NCBI RefSeq assembly: GCF_006345805.1
Contig: NC_042997.1
Span: 52,328,001-52,392,000 of the forward strand
Direction: 5' to 3'
Origin: Octopus sinensis
Taxonomy: Eukaryota
Length of the DNA: 64,000 bases
Positions 38,230 through 51,100 of this stretch are shown in pieces. The position numbers and the translations under genes were made by a program. The notes below the pieces were generated by a model. It had not been told where the DNA came from. It saw only the letters and a list, made by a program, of their open reading frames with translations, and ran no database searches. Positions within the stretch are counted from its first letter, which is position 1. Every line of letters starts with the position of its first letter.

Positions 38230-39720
38230 TACTCTGTTAAAATTTGTTAAATCTTGGTTTGTACTTTTGTATGAAAATATTTTCTTTGTTTATCCGTGCA
38301 TCATCTTTGGTATTTGCTGAACATAGGTAGAATGGGAAGACCTGGAATTTGGGAGACATATTTTTTGCACATTTGTCTATGTGACCACTCAGGGGTCTCG
38401 TATTTGTTGTTAGTGAATGGCCAGTCTATTTCTTAGAGTAAGCTTTGTTTGACATATGTAATCTTCATTACATTCTTGACATTTGATAGCATGTATTAAA
38501 TTTCTTGAAGAATATGTAAAGTGATTTTTATAATAAAAGTCTGTCTTGATTTGAATTTGTATGTTGTGTCATCAATAACGTTGATGCAGGTCCCACAATT
38601 GGGTTTGTGACAATTATGCAGATTCTTCTTACTAGATTGAAGGGGATGTTATTCTTTGAGTATTTGGGATGGTATGAGGAGAATAGTAAGTATTGTTTAG
38701 AATCTGTTTGTTTGTAGTGAATATGTTTCAGTAATTTTATCTCTTGATGATTAGTATATCCAGAAATGGTGGTTGAGTTTTACTGTCTTCCATAGTAAAT
38801 TTAATATTATTGTTTATGCTGTTAATTAGATTTTTGAAACCTATAAGTTGTTCAAATGTGTACATCCTTAGGATTAGGTAGTTATCTAAGTAATGTTTCC
38901 AGTTTTCTTGTTGATATTTGTGGAAGTTCAAGCCATATATTAATTTAGATTGTTCATATATCTGAACCTTCATGTATGCCATGACTAGATTGGCGTATGT
39001 CAGAGCAACATTTGTCCCCATCGCAGTCCCAGATATTTGTAAATATTGCCATCAATGTCAAAAAGAATTGTTTTCGAGGATAAACTTTAATACTTCAGTG
39101 ATGAAACTCTTTTCAATTCTGTCTGGAATTTCATGAGGGAATTTCTCAAGCCAAAAATTTATTTCCACTAGTCGATATTAATGTGAGATTGAGGTATATA
39201 GGTTTTTACCACATCTAAAGATACAATAGTGGTAGCACTGTTTACAGATTTTGGGAGGTGGTTTAACAGGTCCAGATTGTTCCTCACAAGACTTGATATG
39301 TATTTTAAAATAGGCTTCAGTAATATATATAAAAAGTCTGTGTGTTTCACAGTTCGGGCCTGCTACAAATGGTCTAAATTTAAGGTCAGTGGAATATTGT
39401 ATGTTTATGCAACTTGAAGTTGGTTCTTTACATGCATTCTTAATAGGTTGATTCTTATGGACTTTGGGGAGACTGTAGAAGTAGCTGGTCTTGCAATCAA
39501 AGTGGGTTAGGTAGTCACCTTTTTGTAGTGGGTCATATCTTGTAACATAGATGGTGGTGGCAGCAGTAGCTGCTGCTGCTTCTTCACATGTTTCACTCTG
39601 TTGATCCAAAACTCAAATCCTGTGTGTTCAAACAATTCTTTGAAAAGTTTGTGTACTATCTCAATTAGATAGAAAGTTGCTGTATTCTAAAACTGAAGAT
39701 TATCTTTTAATGGGTGCACC
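38230..39720 (-). mobile_element. Degenerate Penelope-like element (RT plus GIY-YIG endonuclease), antisense in the NLE1 intron
   Basis: YSLPKVHK...FRPFVAGPNCETHRL, GTAMGTNVALTYANLVM...WKHYLDN...IKFTMEDSKTQPPFLDILI (PLE RT). Then CHKPNCGTC...RNLIHAIKCQECNEDYICQT...LRNR..IH (GIY-YIG) and RINKENIFIQKYKPRFN. Confidence 0.85.
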
Positions 39721-39759
39721 TAAAATGAAACCCTGAAAGTTAAACAGTACAAGCACTCA

Positions 39760-40400
39760 CAAATCTAAACTTCCAAAAAGTCACATTCAAACTTCAGCTT
39801 AGTAACCATTAAAAATCCCCTTTCCAAATTTATGATTATCTGTGCTATTACAAAGGGTGTGGTGTGTGTAAAATGAATGTTGGAATAGGAATTGTTTGAT
39901 TTGAACTTTTGCTGTTTAACATTTGGAGGGAAGATAAGAGACAAAAGAATGTTTAGTGAGATACAGTACAGTGGGAGGAGAATTGGACAAAGCAAGTTTG
40001 GAAAATCAGTCATTCATTTCAGTAAAAAAAAAAAAGGTATTAGGTGGATACAATGTAATATTTGGGTGAGAGGTTGAAATTTGTGGTACTGACTTTGCCT
40101 TTTAGGCAGATAAATGTTTCTGTAATATTAGGGAGACTGAGGTAAGTGTGCCATTCTAGATATCGCACTAGTACACCATTATAAAATATCATTATAAAGG
40201 TCTCTCCATGGATAAAGTTCTTGTCAGCAGTGAAAAACCAAACTTTATCTCACCAATATTTCTCTTCGAGATAGTGTTCCTATAGAAGAGACCAAGGTTG
40301 TGTAGGCGTTGTTATATTTCCATTTCTGAGGATGATTGATTTGAGGTAATGAAGTGATTGTATTTTGGACCATTATCTCATGATCGTGTTACAATTATGT
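39760..40400 (-). mobile_element. Possible very old CR1/L2-group LINE fragment
   Basis: LCPILLPLYCISLNILLSLIFPPNVK weakly resembles the PILxxLFNxSLxxGxFPxxWK RT motif. Weak support. Confidence 0.3.
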
Positions 40401-40434
40401 AATGTCTATAATATTTTAATATTTGGAATCTTTA

Positions 40435-40650
40435 AAATGGTAAACTGGCAGAATTGTCAGCACGATGGGCAAAATGTTTAGTGACACTTCATCTATCTTT
40501 ATGTTCTGAGTTCAAATTCTGCCATGGTAGTCTTTGCCTCATTCTTTCAAGGTTGATAAAATAAGTACCAGCTGAACACTAAGGTTTGATGTAATCAACT
40601 TACCTCCTTCCCTTGAATTTTCTGGCCTTGTGCAAAAATTAGAAACCAAC
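40435..40650 (+). mobile_element. SINE family 2 copy
   Basis: ACTGGCAGAATTGTCAGCA...TTCTGAGTTCAAATTC...GATAAAATAAGTACCAG. Similar copies at ~47088-47230 (+), 47520-47735 (-) and 48480-48680 (+). Confidence 0.75.
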
Positions 40651-41526
40651 GTTTGCAGGTTTTCTCAGAACATAGTAAGAGACTATGCTTCTTAGCTACA
40701 AGTTCACTCATTCTATTCTAGAAAGTACATATTTGCAAATATCTTCTAGATGTTAGTCTTGCATTTTCACTAAAGCATTGTTTTGTATGATAGCATTAAT
40801 AGTAATAAAAATACTAATGATAAAACAATGAAATTATCTTGCCAGTTAGTGATTAGCAAGTCTCAATCAGAATCGTTCTCCACACCACTTAAGACAAATG
40901 GAACATTATTGGATTTTTTATCCTAAATATTTTACATGTTTTTCTGAGCTAGCATAGATTAGCTAATTATGAAAATCTGCATATTTGCATAAATTATCAG
41001 AGTAATTCATATCTTACGTTAGAGTTAGAAAAGGAAACAAGTAAAATAGCATTTTATTTTAAAAGAGAAAACAATACAATGTCAAACAACTAAATCTTTT
41101 CAATTAAGCTTCATTGTTTTATATTATTAATATCAAAATAATTATAATGGCCTTAGTTAATTCTTAATTAAACAAATAATTATTTTGCTTTCAAAACATT
41201 TCTTTTTCCCAGCTCAGTAATGGAGAAAGCTACACTGAGTATCATTGTTGTCGTCGTCATCATCGTCATTTTCAATCCACTCTCCATGATGACATGGTGA
41301 AACAAGTTCTAGTTAGTTATTATTTGAAGTTGCAGACTTCCTAAATGTGTCAGGGAACTACATCTCATTTATGTTTTATCTAATGTGGTTTCTACAGCTG
41401 GATGCCCTTCATAAACCAACCACTTTTTTTTTAATGCATTTTATCATAGTACCAACACTAAAGAAGTTGTTGTCTTCTCAACAGAATAGGACTAAAGGAT
41501 TAGCTGATCCCTATTATGACTCTGTG

Positions 41527-41772
41527 GAGGCGTGTGGCTTAGTGGTTAGGGTGTCAGTATCATGATCATAAGATTGTGGTTTCGATTCCTGGACCGGGCG
41601 ACGCATTGTGTTCTTAAGCAAAACACTTCATTTCACATTGCTCCAATCCACTCAGCTGGCAAAAATGAGTAACACTGCGATGGACTGGTGTCCTGTCCAG
41701 CTGGGGAACACATACGCCATTGAAACTGGGAAACCGGGGCCCATGAGCCTGCCTAGGCTTTAAAAAGGGTGC
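41527..41772 (+). mobile_element. tRNA-derived SINE, family 3
   Basis: GAGGCGTGTGGCTTAGTGGTTAGGG...GGTTTCGATTCCTGGACC head and body CAAAACACTTCATTTCAC...GCGATGGACTGGTGTCCTGTCCAG. Partial copies at 50892-51012 and 52684-52885. Confidence 0.8.
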
Positions 41773-42338
41773 ATTTATTTATTTTTTTTTTTTTATGACT
41801 CCACTAATTCACCAATGAGACTGATAGATTGGATTAAAGAGAATGGCTGAAGAGGTGAACCCAGATGGAAAGAAGAAAGAAGAGTATGGTGAAAGGAATA
41901 GAATAGTTGGGACATTGAAATCTCTGTTTTTATGACACTGGATGTTCTGTTTTCCTTTCTCTTTCAGATTTTCTTCAATCTGCACCCTCTGTTTCTCTCA
42001 CATAACACATACACACTTTCTTACTCATCTCCCTTCGATGAGAGAAAATAAGACTAATCAGTTACATGTTTACTAATGAGAGAGAGAGAGAGATTTGATG
42101 CAATTCATTGTTATTCAAGCAATGTGATAGGCGAATTAGAGGTGTGGTGAGATAAATGTGGTGCTAGAAGGTGAGAGTGAATAAAGATAGATCTAATATA
42201 TTTTATTTTACTTATGGCATGATTCACTGAATAGGAGAAAGAATAAGAGAGCTGAGAGAATATTGAGTAAGCAAGTATTTCTTGAGTAATATTATAATTA
42301 ATTAACCATGTTTTTATGTTTGTTTTCATTTTTTTTAG

Positions 42339-42409
42339 GTTTATGCTCTTGACTGGAGCCCTGATGGTCAACGTGTAGCTAGTGGCAGTAAAGATAAAAC
42401 ACTAAGAAT
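42339..42409 (+). CDS. NLE1: Notchless homolog 1, penultimate coding exon C
   Basis: Long pyrimidine tract plus AG at 42337-38, donor GTGAGT at 42410. Translates as VYALDWSPDGQRVASGSKDKTLR(+AT), matching NLE1 VYAVDWSPDGQRVASGGKDKCLRI. Confidence 0.93.
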
Positions 42410-43882
42410 GTGAGTATTTTATCTATTTAGATTTTATTCCTTTCACTTAAAGCCACCATTTTTCTTTCTTCGTTTTATTTATTTATTTCTTTGTTTGTTT
42501 CCGAATAAAATATTTGCATTAATACTTTTTGGATGGCAGAATATATATTTTGAAATGTTTCAACTTTATATGTTTTTTTCATCACGTATATTTCAAATTC
42601 TCCATGTTTGTATTTTTGGATTTTATGTAAAATTCTGAAGTTCATCATCATTGTCAGACTGATTCCATTCAGTAGCTGTTACTCATGAGGTACCCCTGCT
42701 GCTTCTATTACATTCATCCAAATTCTAATTCATCCAAAATGCAATCACGCCACTGCCTCTCTCAAGATGGCATAAAGATAAGGTGGGCAACTGATAGCAG
42801 TGATTTGTGTGGTCAAATCAAATCTTGAATCACTTCTAGTTCTCACAAATGTAGTGTCTGCTGTTGTTGTTGTTAAGCAACAAGACGAGTAAGGGTGATT
42901 AGGTGATGGTCTAGGGCTTAGGGGCAGGAGACCCCAGACCTTGGAAAAAAAAAACTTTGGTCATCTTGTAGTCAAGGGCTCTTCGTTGACGCCCAACACC
43001 ACTGGGAGGTAGCCCTCGAAGTCGCTGGAAATGGAGATCTCCTGGTCCAAATTCTTGAATGGCAGTGTCTGCTGTTGGAATGATCTCTACATCAAATGTT
43101 TGTGGTTTTTGGGTGTGGTCAACTTCTGTTTATAATGCTATGGATTCATTGGTTAGTGCCAGCTCAACCCATTCAAGATGTTCTGACACAAGTACAAGTC
43201 ATTGTGACATAATAATCCTGTGTATATTAATGGGTTAGTCTTCTAACTGATTAACATACATGTTGGATAATTATGTAATTATACATTTAAAAAAGCTAAA
43301 AACAGGTGATAATCATCTGTTTCTATCTCTTCTTGCATAAAACTCTGTTTAAATTATTAATTATTTTATCTAAACTTAGTGAGTCATAAACAAACTAGGG
43401 ATTGCTGAACAATGAGATGTTTTCATTCTCAAAATATATGAGCAATAAATGGAAGATACAGTTTGAATTGTATATAACTTTGCTTTATTCATTTTATACA
43501 TATATCTTTCTTTTAATGTGTATCTTCATTGAATATGTATGCTCTTGCTATTGTTAACCATTCAATTTTTGTCAGTTTGGTAACATATGAGTTATGTATA
43601 CAAGGCAATCACTAAAATGAGATTTCAACTTGCAACTATATATATATACATATATAAACAATTTTTTTAAGCCAACACAATGTAAGTTATTAAAAATTAA
43701 TAATACTGGTCAATGGTTTGTACTTTTACCTTGTATTTCATTATATCGGGGTTAAGATCCTGTCTTCGGTATATCTACAGATTGAAATACAGAAAAGTAC
43801 AAACTATTGACCTGTATTAATTGCTTATTATTTGCATTTTTTTTTTGTTTAAAAAAAAAAATTAAATATATATATATATATA

Positions 43883-44277
43883 GGCGCAGGAGTGGCTGTG
43901 TGGTAAGTAGCTTGCTAACCAACCACATGGTTCCAGGTTCAGTCCCACTTCGTGGCATCTTGGGCAAGTGTCTTCTGCTATAGCCCCGGGCTGACCAATG
44001 CCTTGTGAGTGGATTTGGTAGACAGAAACTGAAAGAAGCCTGTCGTATATATGTATATATATATATATATATATAAGTGTGTGTGCATATGTTTGTGTGT
44101 CTGTGTTTGTCCCCCGATGCTGGTGTGTTTACGTCCCCATCACTTAGCGGTTCGGCAAAAGAGACCGATAGAATAAGTACTGGGCTTGCAAAGAATAAGT
44201 CCCGGGGTCGATTTGCTCGACTAAAGGTGGTGCTCCAGCATGACAGCAGTCAAATGACTGACACAAGTAAAAGAGTA
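43883..44277 (+). mobile_element. SINE family 1, near full length
   Basis: Highly similar to 2814-3198 and 59845-60254. Confidence 0.9.
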
Positions 44278-44281
44278 TATC

Positions 44282-44510
44282 CTTTATCTTTTACTTGTTT
44301 TGGTCATTTGACTGTGGCTATGCTGGGGCACTGCCTTGGCAGGGTTTAGTTGAACAAATTGACCCCAGGACTTATTTTTAAAGCTTGCTATTTATTCTAT
44401 CAATCTCTTTTGCTGAATTGTTGAGTTACAGGGATGAAAACACACCAACACCAGTTTTTAAGCAGTGGTGGGGAATAAACACAGACACAGAGACACACAC
44501 ATTGATATAT
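44282..44510 (-). mobile_element. SINE family 1 3' half, tail-to-tail with the preceding copy
   Basis: TTTTACTTGTTTTGGTCATTTGACTGTGGCTATGCTGG...GACCCCAGGACTTATT is the reverse complement of the family 1 tail. Confidence 0.8.
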
Positions 44511-44524
44511 ACATATATGTGTAT

Positions 44525-45270
44525 ACGACTGTGCTGGTATGGACATGTGTTGATGAGGACAGCTGTGTGAAAAAGTGTCACATCCTAGCTGTAGAGGGGA
44601 ACCTGTGGAAAAGGTAGACCCAGGAAGACCTGGGATGAGGTGGTGAAGCACAATCTTCGAACATTGGACCTCACAGAGGCGATGACAAGTGACCGAGACC
44701 TTTGGAGATATGCTGTGCTTGAGAAGACCCGGCAAGCCAAGTGAGACCGTAACCGTGGCCTATGCCAGTGCAGCATAACCAGCCCATTTAAGAGTACTCT
44801 TCAATCATTGGGAAATAAACTGCGCTTGCGAAGACCTGTTGAGTCAAGTGAAGTCATTGTCATGGCCGATGACAGTACCACCTGATTGACCCCCATGCCA
44901 GTGGCACGTAAAAAGCACCATTCAAGTGTGATTGATGTCAGTAGCAGCTGACTGATCCTGTGCTGGTGGCATGTAAAGAGCACCATTCAAGCATGGTTGT
45001 TGCCAGTGCCACCTGACTTGCTCCCATGCTGGTGGCATGTAAAAAGCCCCATTCAAGTGTGTTGATGCCAGTACTGCCTGACTGGCCCTCGTACCGGTAG
45101 CATGTAAAAAGCACCCACTATACTCTTAGAGTGGTTGGTGTTAGGAAGGGCATCCAGGTGTAGAAACTTTGCCAGATCAGATTGGAACCTGGTGCAGCCT
45201 TCTGGCTTGCCAGCTATCAGTCAAACTGTCCAACCCATGCCAGCATAGAAAGTGGACATTAAACTACAAT
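44525..45270 (+). mobile_element. 5'-truncated RTE LINE with a minisatellite-containing 3' UTR
   Basis: RLCWYGHV...GRPRKTWDEVVKH...DRDLWRYAVLEKT across a frameshift. Four ~65-bp units at 44868-45118; ends GGACATTAAACTACAATGATG. Confidence 0.8.
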
Positions 45271-48150
45271 GATGGGCTTCTTTCAGTTTCCATCAACTAA
45301 ATCTACTCACAAGGCTTTGGTCAACCAGAGACTATAGTAGAAGACTCTTTCCCAATGTGCCACACAGTGGTACCCAACCTGGAACCATGTGGTTGGGAAG
45401 CAAGCTTCTTACTACACTGCCACGCTTTCACCTTTCTAATGTTAATGGTATCAGATTATCCTAGTTGATAATGGTGTGAAAGAAGACATAATTTTTCCTA
45501 CTCCTTTCTCTTTCTATTTTGCTGTTGCTGTCGCTTATGCTTTTCATGGATCTACTATTGGGTGTCTATCTAAGGTTCTGAACTTCTGGTAAACTGTTTA
45601 ATCTGAATCAGTTGAGATTTAAATCTAAGGTCTTTGAGGGAGATTTTGCGTGATTTGCAATATGCTGGCAGTCAACTTGGTGTTTCATTCAGAACAAATT
45701 ATGAAACTGTTAATGAACAATTTTTCTAGAGCTTGTTCTGCATATGGGTTCACTTGTCTAACAAAGACTAAAGTGATGTTGACACCAGTACCTAGAGATG
45801 GGTTAATGGAAAATAAATTCTTTGTCTCTTTTTAAAATTTGTTTATATTTATAAAAATTATTGAAGTTTTACTCTTTATGAATTGGACAGCTAATTTTTA
45901 TGTTTGAGATGGATGTATTTGTGTGTACACACAAAGTCTATAGTTCTCATTTGGTATTAGTGGCTTTGAGCAAGAAGAAGAAGACTGAATGCTAACTTTT
46001 AATATTCAGCCATTTGGCTGGTTTTCTTTTACCCTCTACCCAATGCAGAACTAAAATTTCAAAAATGCTGGGTGTTTTGGCTAGTATTCTATAATCTTAT
46101 AATCTCTAGGGCTCTATAATCTTAGAGATATTTAAATCATTTGTAAAATATATTAAAAGTACGTTTAGGTTTGACAGTGTAGAGGTAGGTGGTTGTGTGC
46201 TAGTGCTTAATGAAAAGAAATGAAAACAGTAGCTAAGAAATGGCATTATTCAGTGTTGGAGAGGAGATTAGACATGGATTCAATATTCTGTAGCTAATGA
46301 AGACAATGGATATTCAAAAGTTGCATTCAAATTCTTGGCTATTTTGGGGAAAACCAGATTATTTTGGTGCTCTTTATACTTCAGTGACATAATTGTAGTA
46401 ATGTCAATAGTGTTAACATAAATATCATCAATTTCACCAGTTTTAGAGAGCATGTACAGGCCATAAGCCAGATGAAATTATTGAAATAAAAGTTGCAGTT
46501 GAAGAAAGCAGAAGAAATATAGACAAAAATCATACAGCTTGAAAAGTTCTTTGCATCACTGCAAAGGATCTCGATGTGCATTGAGAAATGCAAGGCTAAA
46601 ATCCAGACAGTAAATGTAGATTTGGTGTGTATTAGAAGTTAATAACAATGAGGGGATTGTAACCATTTAATTGTCAATACTACCACCATCTTTAAAAAAA
46701 ATCAAACAAAAGAATTCAATACAGAAATCTTTTCTATTTTGTTTTGTGTGTGCATTGCCTGTTTAGATTGTTTGATCTTTAATACGTCTTGATTATTTTA
46801 GTACATACTTGAACATGAAAGCTTCATAATCTCCACTTCACACAACTGTACATTACATAATAAAATGTAATAGAACCAAATTTAAACAGAGCAGTATGAA
46901 TGTAAGATCAGTTAAAAGCTAAATATATTTATATAGTTGTTTGATATCTAGCTTTGATTTCATTAATAAAACAGAAATTGTTATTAAAAACTGAAAAGAT
47001 GCAATGTCATTAAAGAAAATTTGTTTTCAAGTCAACAGTATCATTTTTTATTATTTTTATCATCATCATCATCATCATTATTATTAAAGTGGCGAGCTGG
47101 CAGAGCTAGCACTCTGGGAAAAATGCTTAATGGTATTTTGTCTGCCGCTACATCCTAAGTTCAAATTCCACCAAGGTTGACTTTGTCTTTCATCCTTTCA
47201 GGGTCAGTAAATTAAGTACCAATTAAACACTGTCAATATGGTACCTCTGAGAATTTTGACATTCGTGATGCAAGTAGATGAGGTATTAATAATAATAATA
47301 ATAATAGAAATAATAATAATGATTTCATTTATTTTCTGCCAGGGTAAAGATGAGGGAGACAATACAAAACAGACGTAAAGTGTGGGGGTTTACCTATAAT
47401 GAAATGATAAAATAAATAAAATTTTAAAAGAGTGAGTATACACAGAATACGGTGAAAATGAAGGGAAATAAACATAGTATACAAAGGTTAAAAAGTGGGG
47501 TTGATAGAGATGTAACAATAATAAGTATTATTTCAAATTTTTGCTACAAGGGCATCATGGGGGAGGTGGGGATGAGTTGATTACATTGACCCCAGTGTTC
47601 AACTGGTACTTATTTTATCAACCCCAAAAGGATGAAAGGCAAAGTCGACCCCGGTGGAATTTGAATTCAGAATGTGGCAACAGCTGAAATACTACCAAGC
47701 ATTTTGCCCAATGTGCTAACAATTCTGCCAGCATAAAAAAAAAAAAAAAAAAAAAACAACAACAACAACAATAATAATAATAGTAGTGGCAATCTAGTGT
47801 TTCTTATGGAGTGGTGTCTGTTAGGAGATATACAAACTGTTATGTTTAATAAAATTAAAATGGTTTAAAGTTCTCCAGCACTGTAGTGAAGAAAATAATT
47901 ATTTAGACGTGAACTCAATTTTGTCTTCTCATTAATGGGGTGGAGTAAAAGTATTTGGTAAAGGTTCTGCATCTACAAATAAACATGCTACTATATATAA
48001 ACTGATGTTATGTATCAGGTTGAATTTTATTTAATACTAGTTATTTCAGCAAGAAGAGACCACTTTATATTTCAATAAAAATATTCCATTATCAAGATTT
48101 TAGAAAAATTCAGTAATTATTTTTGTTTATTTCTATAAATTCATGTTAGG

Positions 48151-48198
<48 letters not shown>

Positions 48199-51100
48199 GA
48201 GAGAGAGAGAGAAACAGACAGACAGACAGGCACATACACACACACATACACACAATTAGTATTTACTAGTTAAAAGGTGCATTCCAGAAGTTTTAAGATT
48301 TTTCAGGAGAGACATTAATTTCAATGAAGTACAAGATTCTAATCTCCAAAGCATAACAGCATTGTTATGGAAAATTTAGCTATTTCATGAGCACTTTGAA
48401 TTCCTGATTTAGAAGGACTTTCATTCATCTATGTTGTTATTGCTGTCCTCTGATCAAATTTTTTCTGTGTTGCTAGGTTGGCAGTAAGCTGTCAGAATTG
48501 TTAGCGCACTGGGCATTTTGTCCGTCTTAACGTTGTGAGTTCAAATTCTGCCATGATCAACTTTCGATTATTTTCAGGGTTGATAAAATAAGTACCAGTT
48601 GAACACTGGAGTTGATGTAATCAACTTACCCACTTCCCCAAAATTGCTGGCCTTGCACTAAATTTTGAAACCATTATTAGTGATGAGGTTTCTGAAATGT
48701 TCTAATTCCTGTCATAGGTGAATTCTTGACAGAGAAAGGCAAATCCAAGAAATAATCTATAACAGACATGAAACTACATCTTGATCAAATCCTTCAATAA
48801 AATTCTTCATATTTCTGAGAAAATATTGAAACAATTCTACTTTCATTGTTTAGCTAAAGCATTTACATTTATTTATATTTGTAGTAAGATAAACACTTTT
48901 GCTTGGTTGTTGTTTGAAAGATATGTGTTTGCCAATGACTAAGCATATATGAGTCTGTGTCAGAGGAGGAGAATAACTGTCCACGTATTAATACATATAT
49001 TTTATCACCTTTACACTGCTAAACTATATCCCTTTTGGTGCCTTCCTGTCTCTGGAATTTGGAAAAAAGTGTCCTTAGGCTGTAATAACTTTAAAAACAA
49101 AATTCCATTTTTTTTTTACATTCTTTTTTACAATAGCTTACTTTCAATATTTGTTGCTGAGGTTTATTATAGACATTCTCAGATAATAGGCAAGTGAAGG
49201 ATTAAACCTTTCTTTAGTGAGCTTATGAAATGTATCATATTTGGCAAATTGTTGGAGAGAGAGAGAGAGAGAGAGTGTGTGTGTGTGTGTCCATCATTTG
49301 ATGCTTGTATATATGTTCTTTAAATGGCTGTCAGAATATAAGTATTGACTAACTAGAGATATATTTAGTTCTCGTTATTAACTGAAAGTTTTACTTCGAC
49401 ACTGAAGATGAAACAAAGATTTTGTAAGACCTAATTATATTTTCATCACTTTAACAGTGGCTCCACTAAGCCTTGTAGTAGGTTCTTTTCTTTTTCCATT
49501 TGATCAGTCATTTCATATGATCAACACAGTAAATTAAATTTATTTATATTTATTTTGGTATTATTTTTTCTGTAAATAGCTTATATTCATTCTAAACATT
49601 TAAAAATATATTTTAAGTGACACATAAATCAATTTCACTAAAATACATCTTGTTTCAGATAGTGTTAGTTTTATTGTTGTGATGAGATGATAATCATAAT
49701 GATGATGGAAATGAAGACATCGATGCCTCTAACACTGCAGCAGCTGCTGTTAAGAAGATCATTATAGTAGCAATGTTGACCAAATGATATAACTATTATT
49801 TGAACAGACCTGCTAACTGCTCATATATCTAATCTGTTATAGTTACCACTAGTATTGTTGAATGTGATTTATTAGAAGAATAAGATTCTCTGCAACTAGG
49901 CTGAAAGCACTTGGGAAAGAATCAAATGTTAATTTTGTAGGATAGAAATAAAATTGGTATGGTGTTATTATTGATAATATTGTTGTGGGTATGTGGTTAG
50001 AAGCTTGCTTCTCCACCAAATGGGTTCAGGTTCAGTCCCACTGCATGGCACCTTGAGCAAGTGGTTTCTACTATAGCCTCATGCCAACCAAAATTTCTAA
50101 GTAAATTTGGCAGGCAAAAACTGAAAGATATCCGTCATGTATGTGTTTGTGTTTATCCCCTGCCAATGTTGACAACTGGTGTTGGTGTGTTTACATCCCT
50201 ATAACTTAGTAGTTCAACAAAAGAAGCCAATAAAGTCAGTGCCAAGCGTTAGAAAAGGTAGGTATTGGTGTTGATTTTGTTGTGTCTAGCGAGAGTCATT
50301 ATGCCAATGTAATATACACACTGGTTCAATTCCACTTCTTTATTATTAGTCAATTGGTTAAATATTCAACTAACTAATCGTTTGTTTTGTTTTTGATTGT
50401 CAAAGCTCTTTTCTTGCTACTTGCATCCTTTTCAATGACAATTGACTTAGTCCATTACAGATGCCACATTTCTCTGCTTGAGATATTATTGTATGTGTGG
50501 GTGTACATGCCAGCATGTGTGTGTGCTTGTGTATGATACGTATGTATGTATTCTGCATATCCACGTGTTTGTGCATGCTTTGTGTGGGTTTGTGTACCTC
50601 TACTGCCTTGTGTTTGCATGTTTGAGTGTGTCTATATGTATGAGTTTGTGTGAGTATGCATGTGTGCCTATATGTGTCTTCATGTCTATGTGGTGTGTGT
50701 GGTCGTGTGTTTCTTTCTCCTTGTGTGTGTGTACTTGTGGTTGGTCGGTCCATCCATCTGTCCATCTGTCCACAGTCTAATGACTGAAATAAGTTAAAGA
50801 TAAAAGATTATTATTTTTATAAAAAGAAGGAAGGAGTTAGTTTATTTTACTATCTTGCTGGCTTTCATAAATGTGAACTTATGTATCATGTCAGGCACGT
50901 GGCTTAGTGGTTCAAGTGTTGCACTCACAATCACCAGATCATGGGCTTGATTTCAGGACCAGGCAGTGTGATGTATTCTTGAACAAAACACTTCATTTCA
51001 CATTACTCCAATGCTGTGTAGGGACCGGCATGTCAAAGAATAGACCCAATGTTTCTTCTGCATGTTATAAAAAGCAACTAAAAAAGTGTTTGAGGTAAGA

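Noticed and set aside
37453-39720. Idea that pLTR copy 2 is the terminus of the adjacent Penelope ORF remnant
   Set aside because: Opposite orientation, ~550 bp apart, and the pLTR retains CpGs while the ORF remnant is heavily decayed, implying different ages.
42767-42794. Candidate last NLE1 exon aag|A TGG CAT AAA...TGA (WHKDKVGN*)
   Set aside because: Weak AAG acceptor, poor match to WRx*, and it appears to lie in a retroelement-like tail beginning with (CAT)n.
44868-45118. Regularly spaced repeats resembling a CRISPR array
   Set aside because: Eukaryotic context; whole units are homologous with no unique spacers; part of the RTE 3' UTR.
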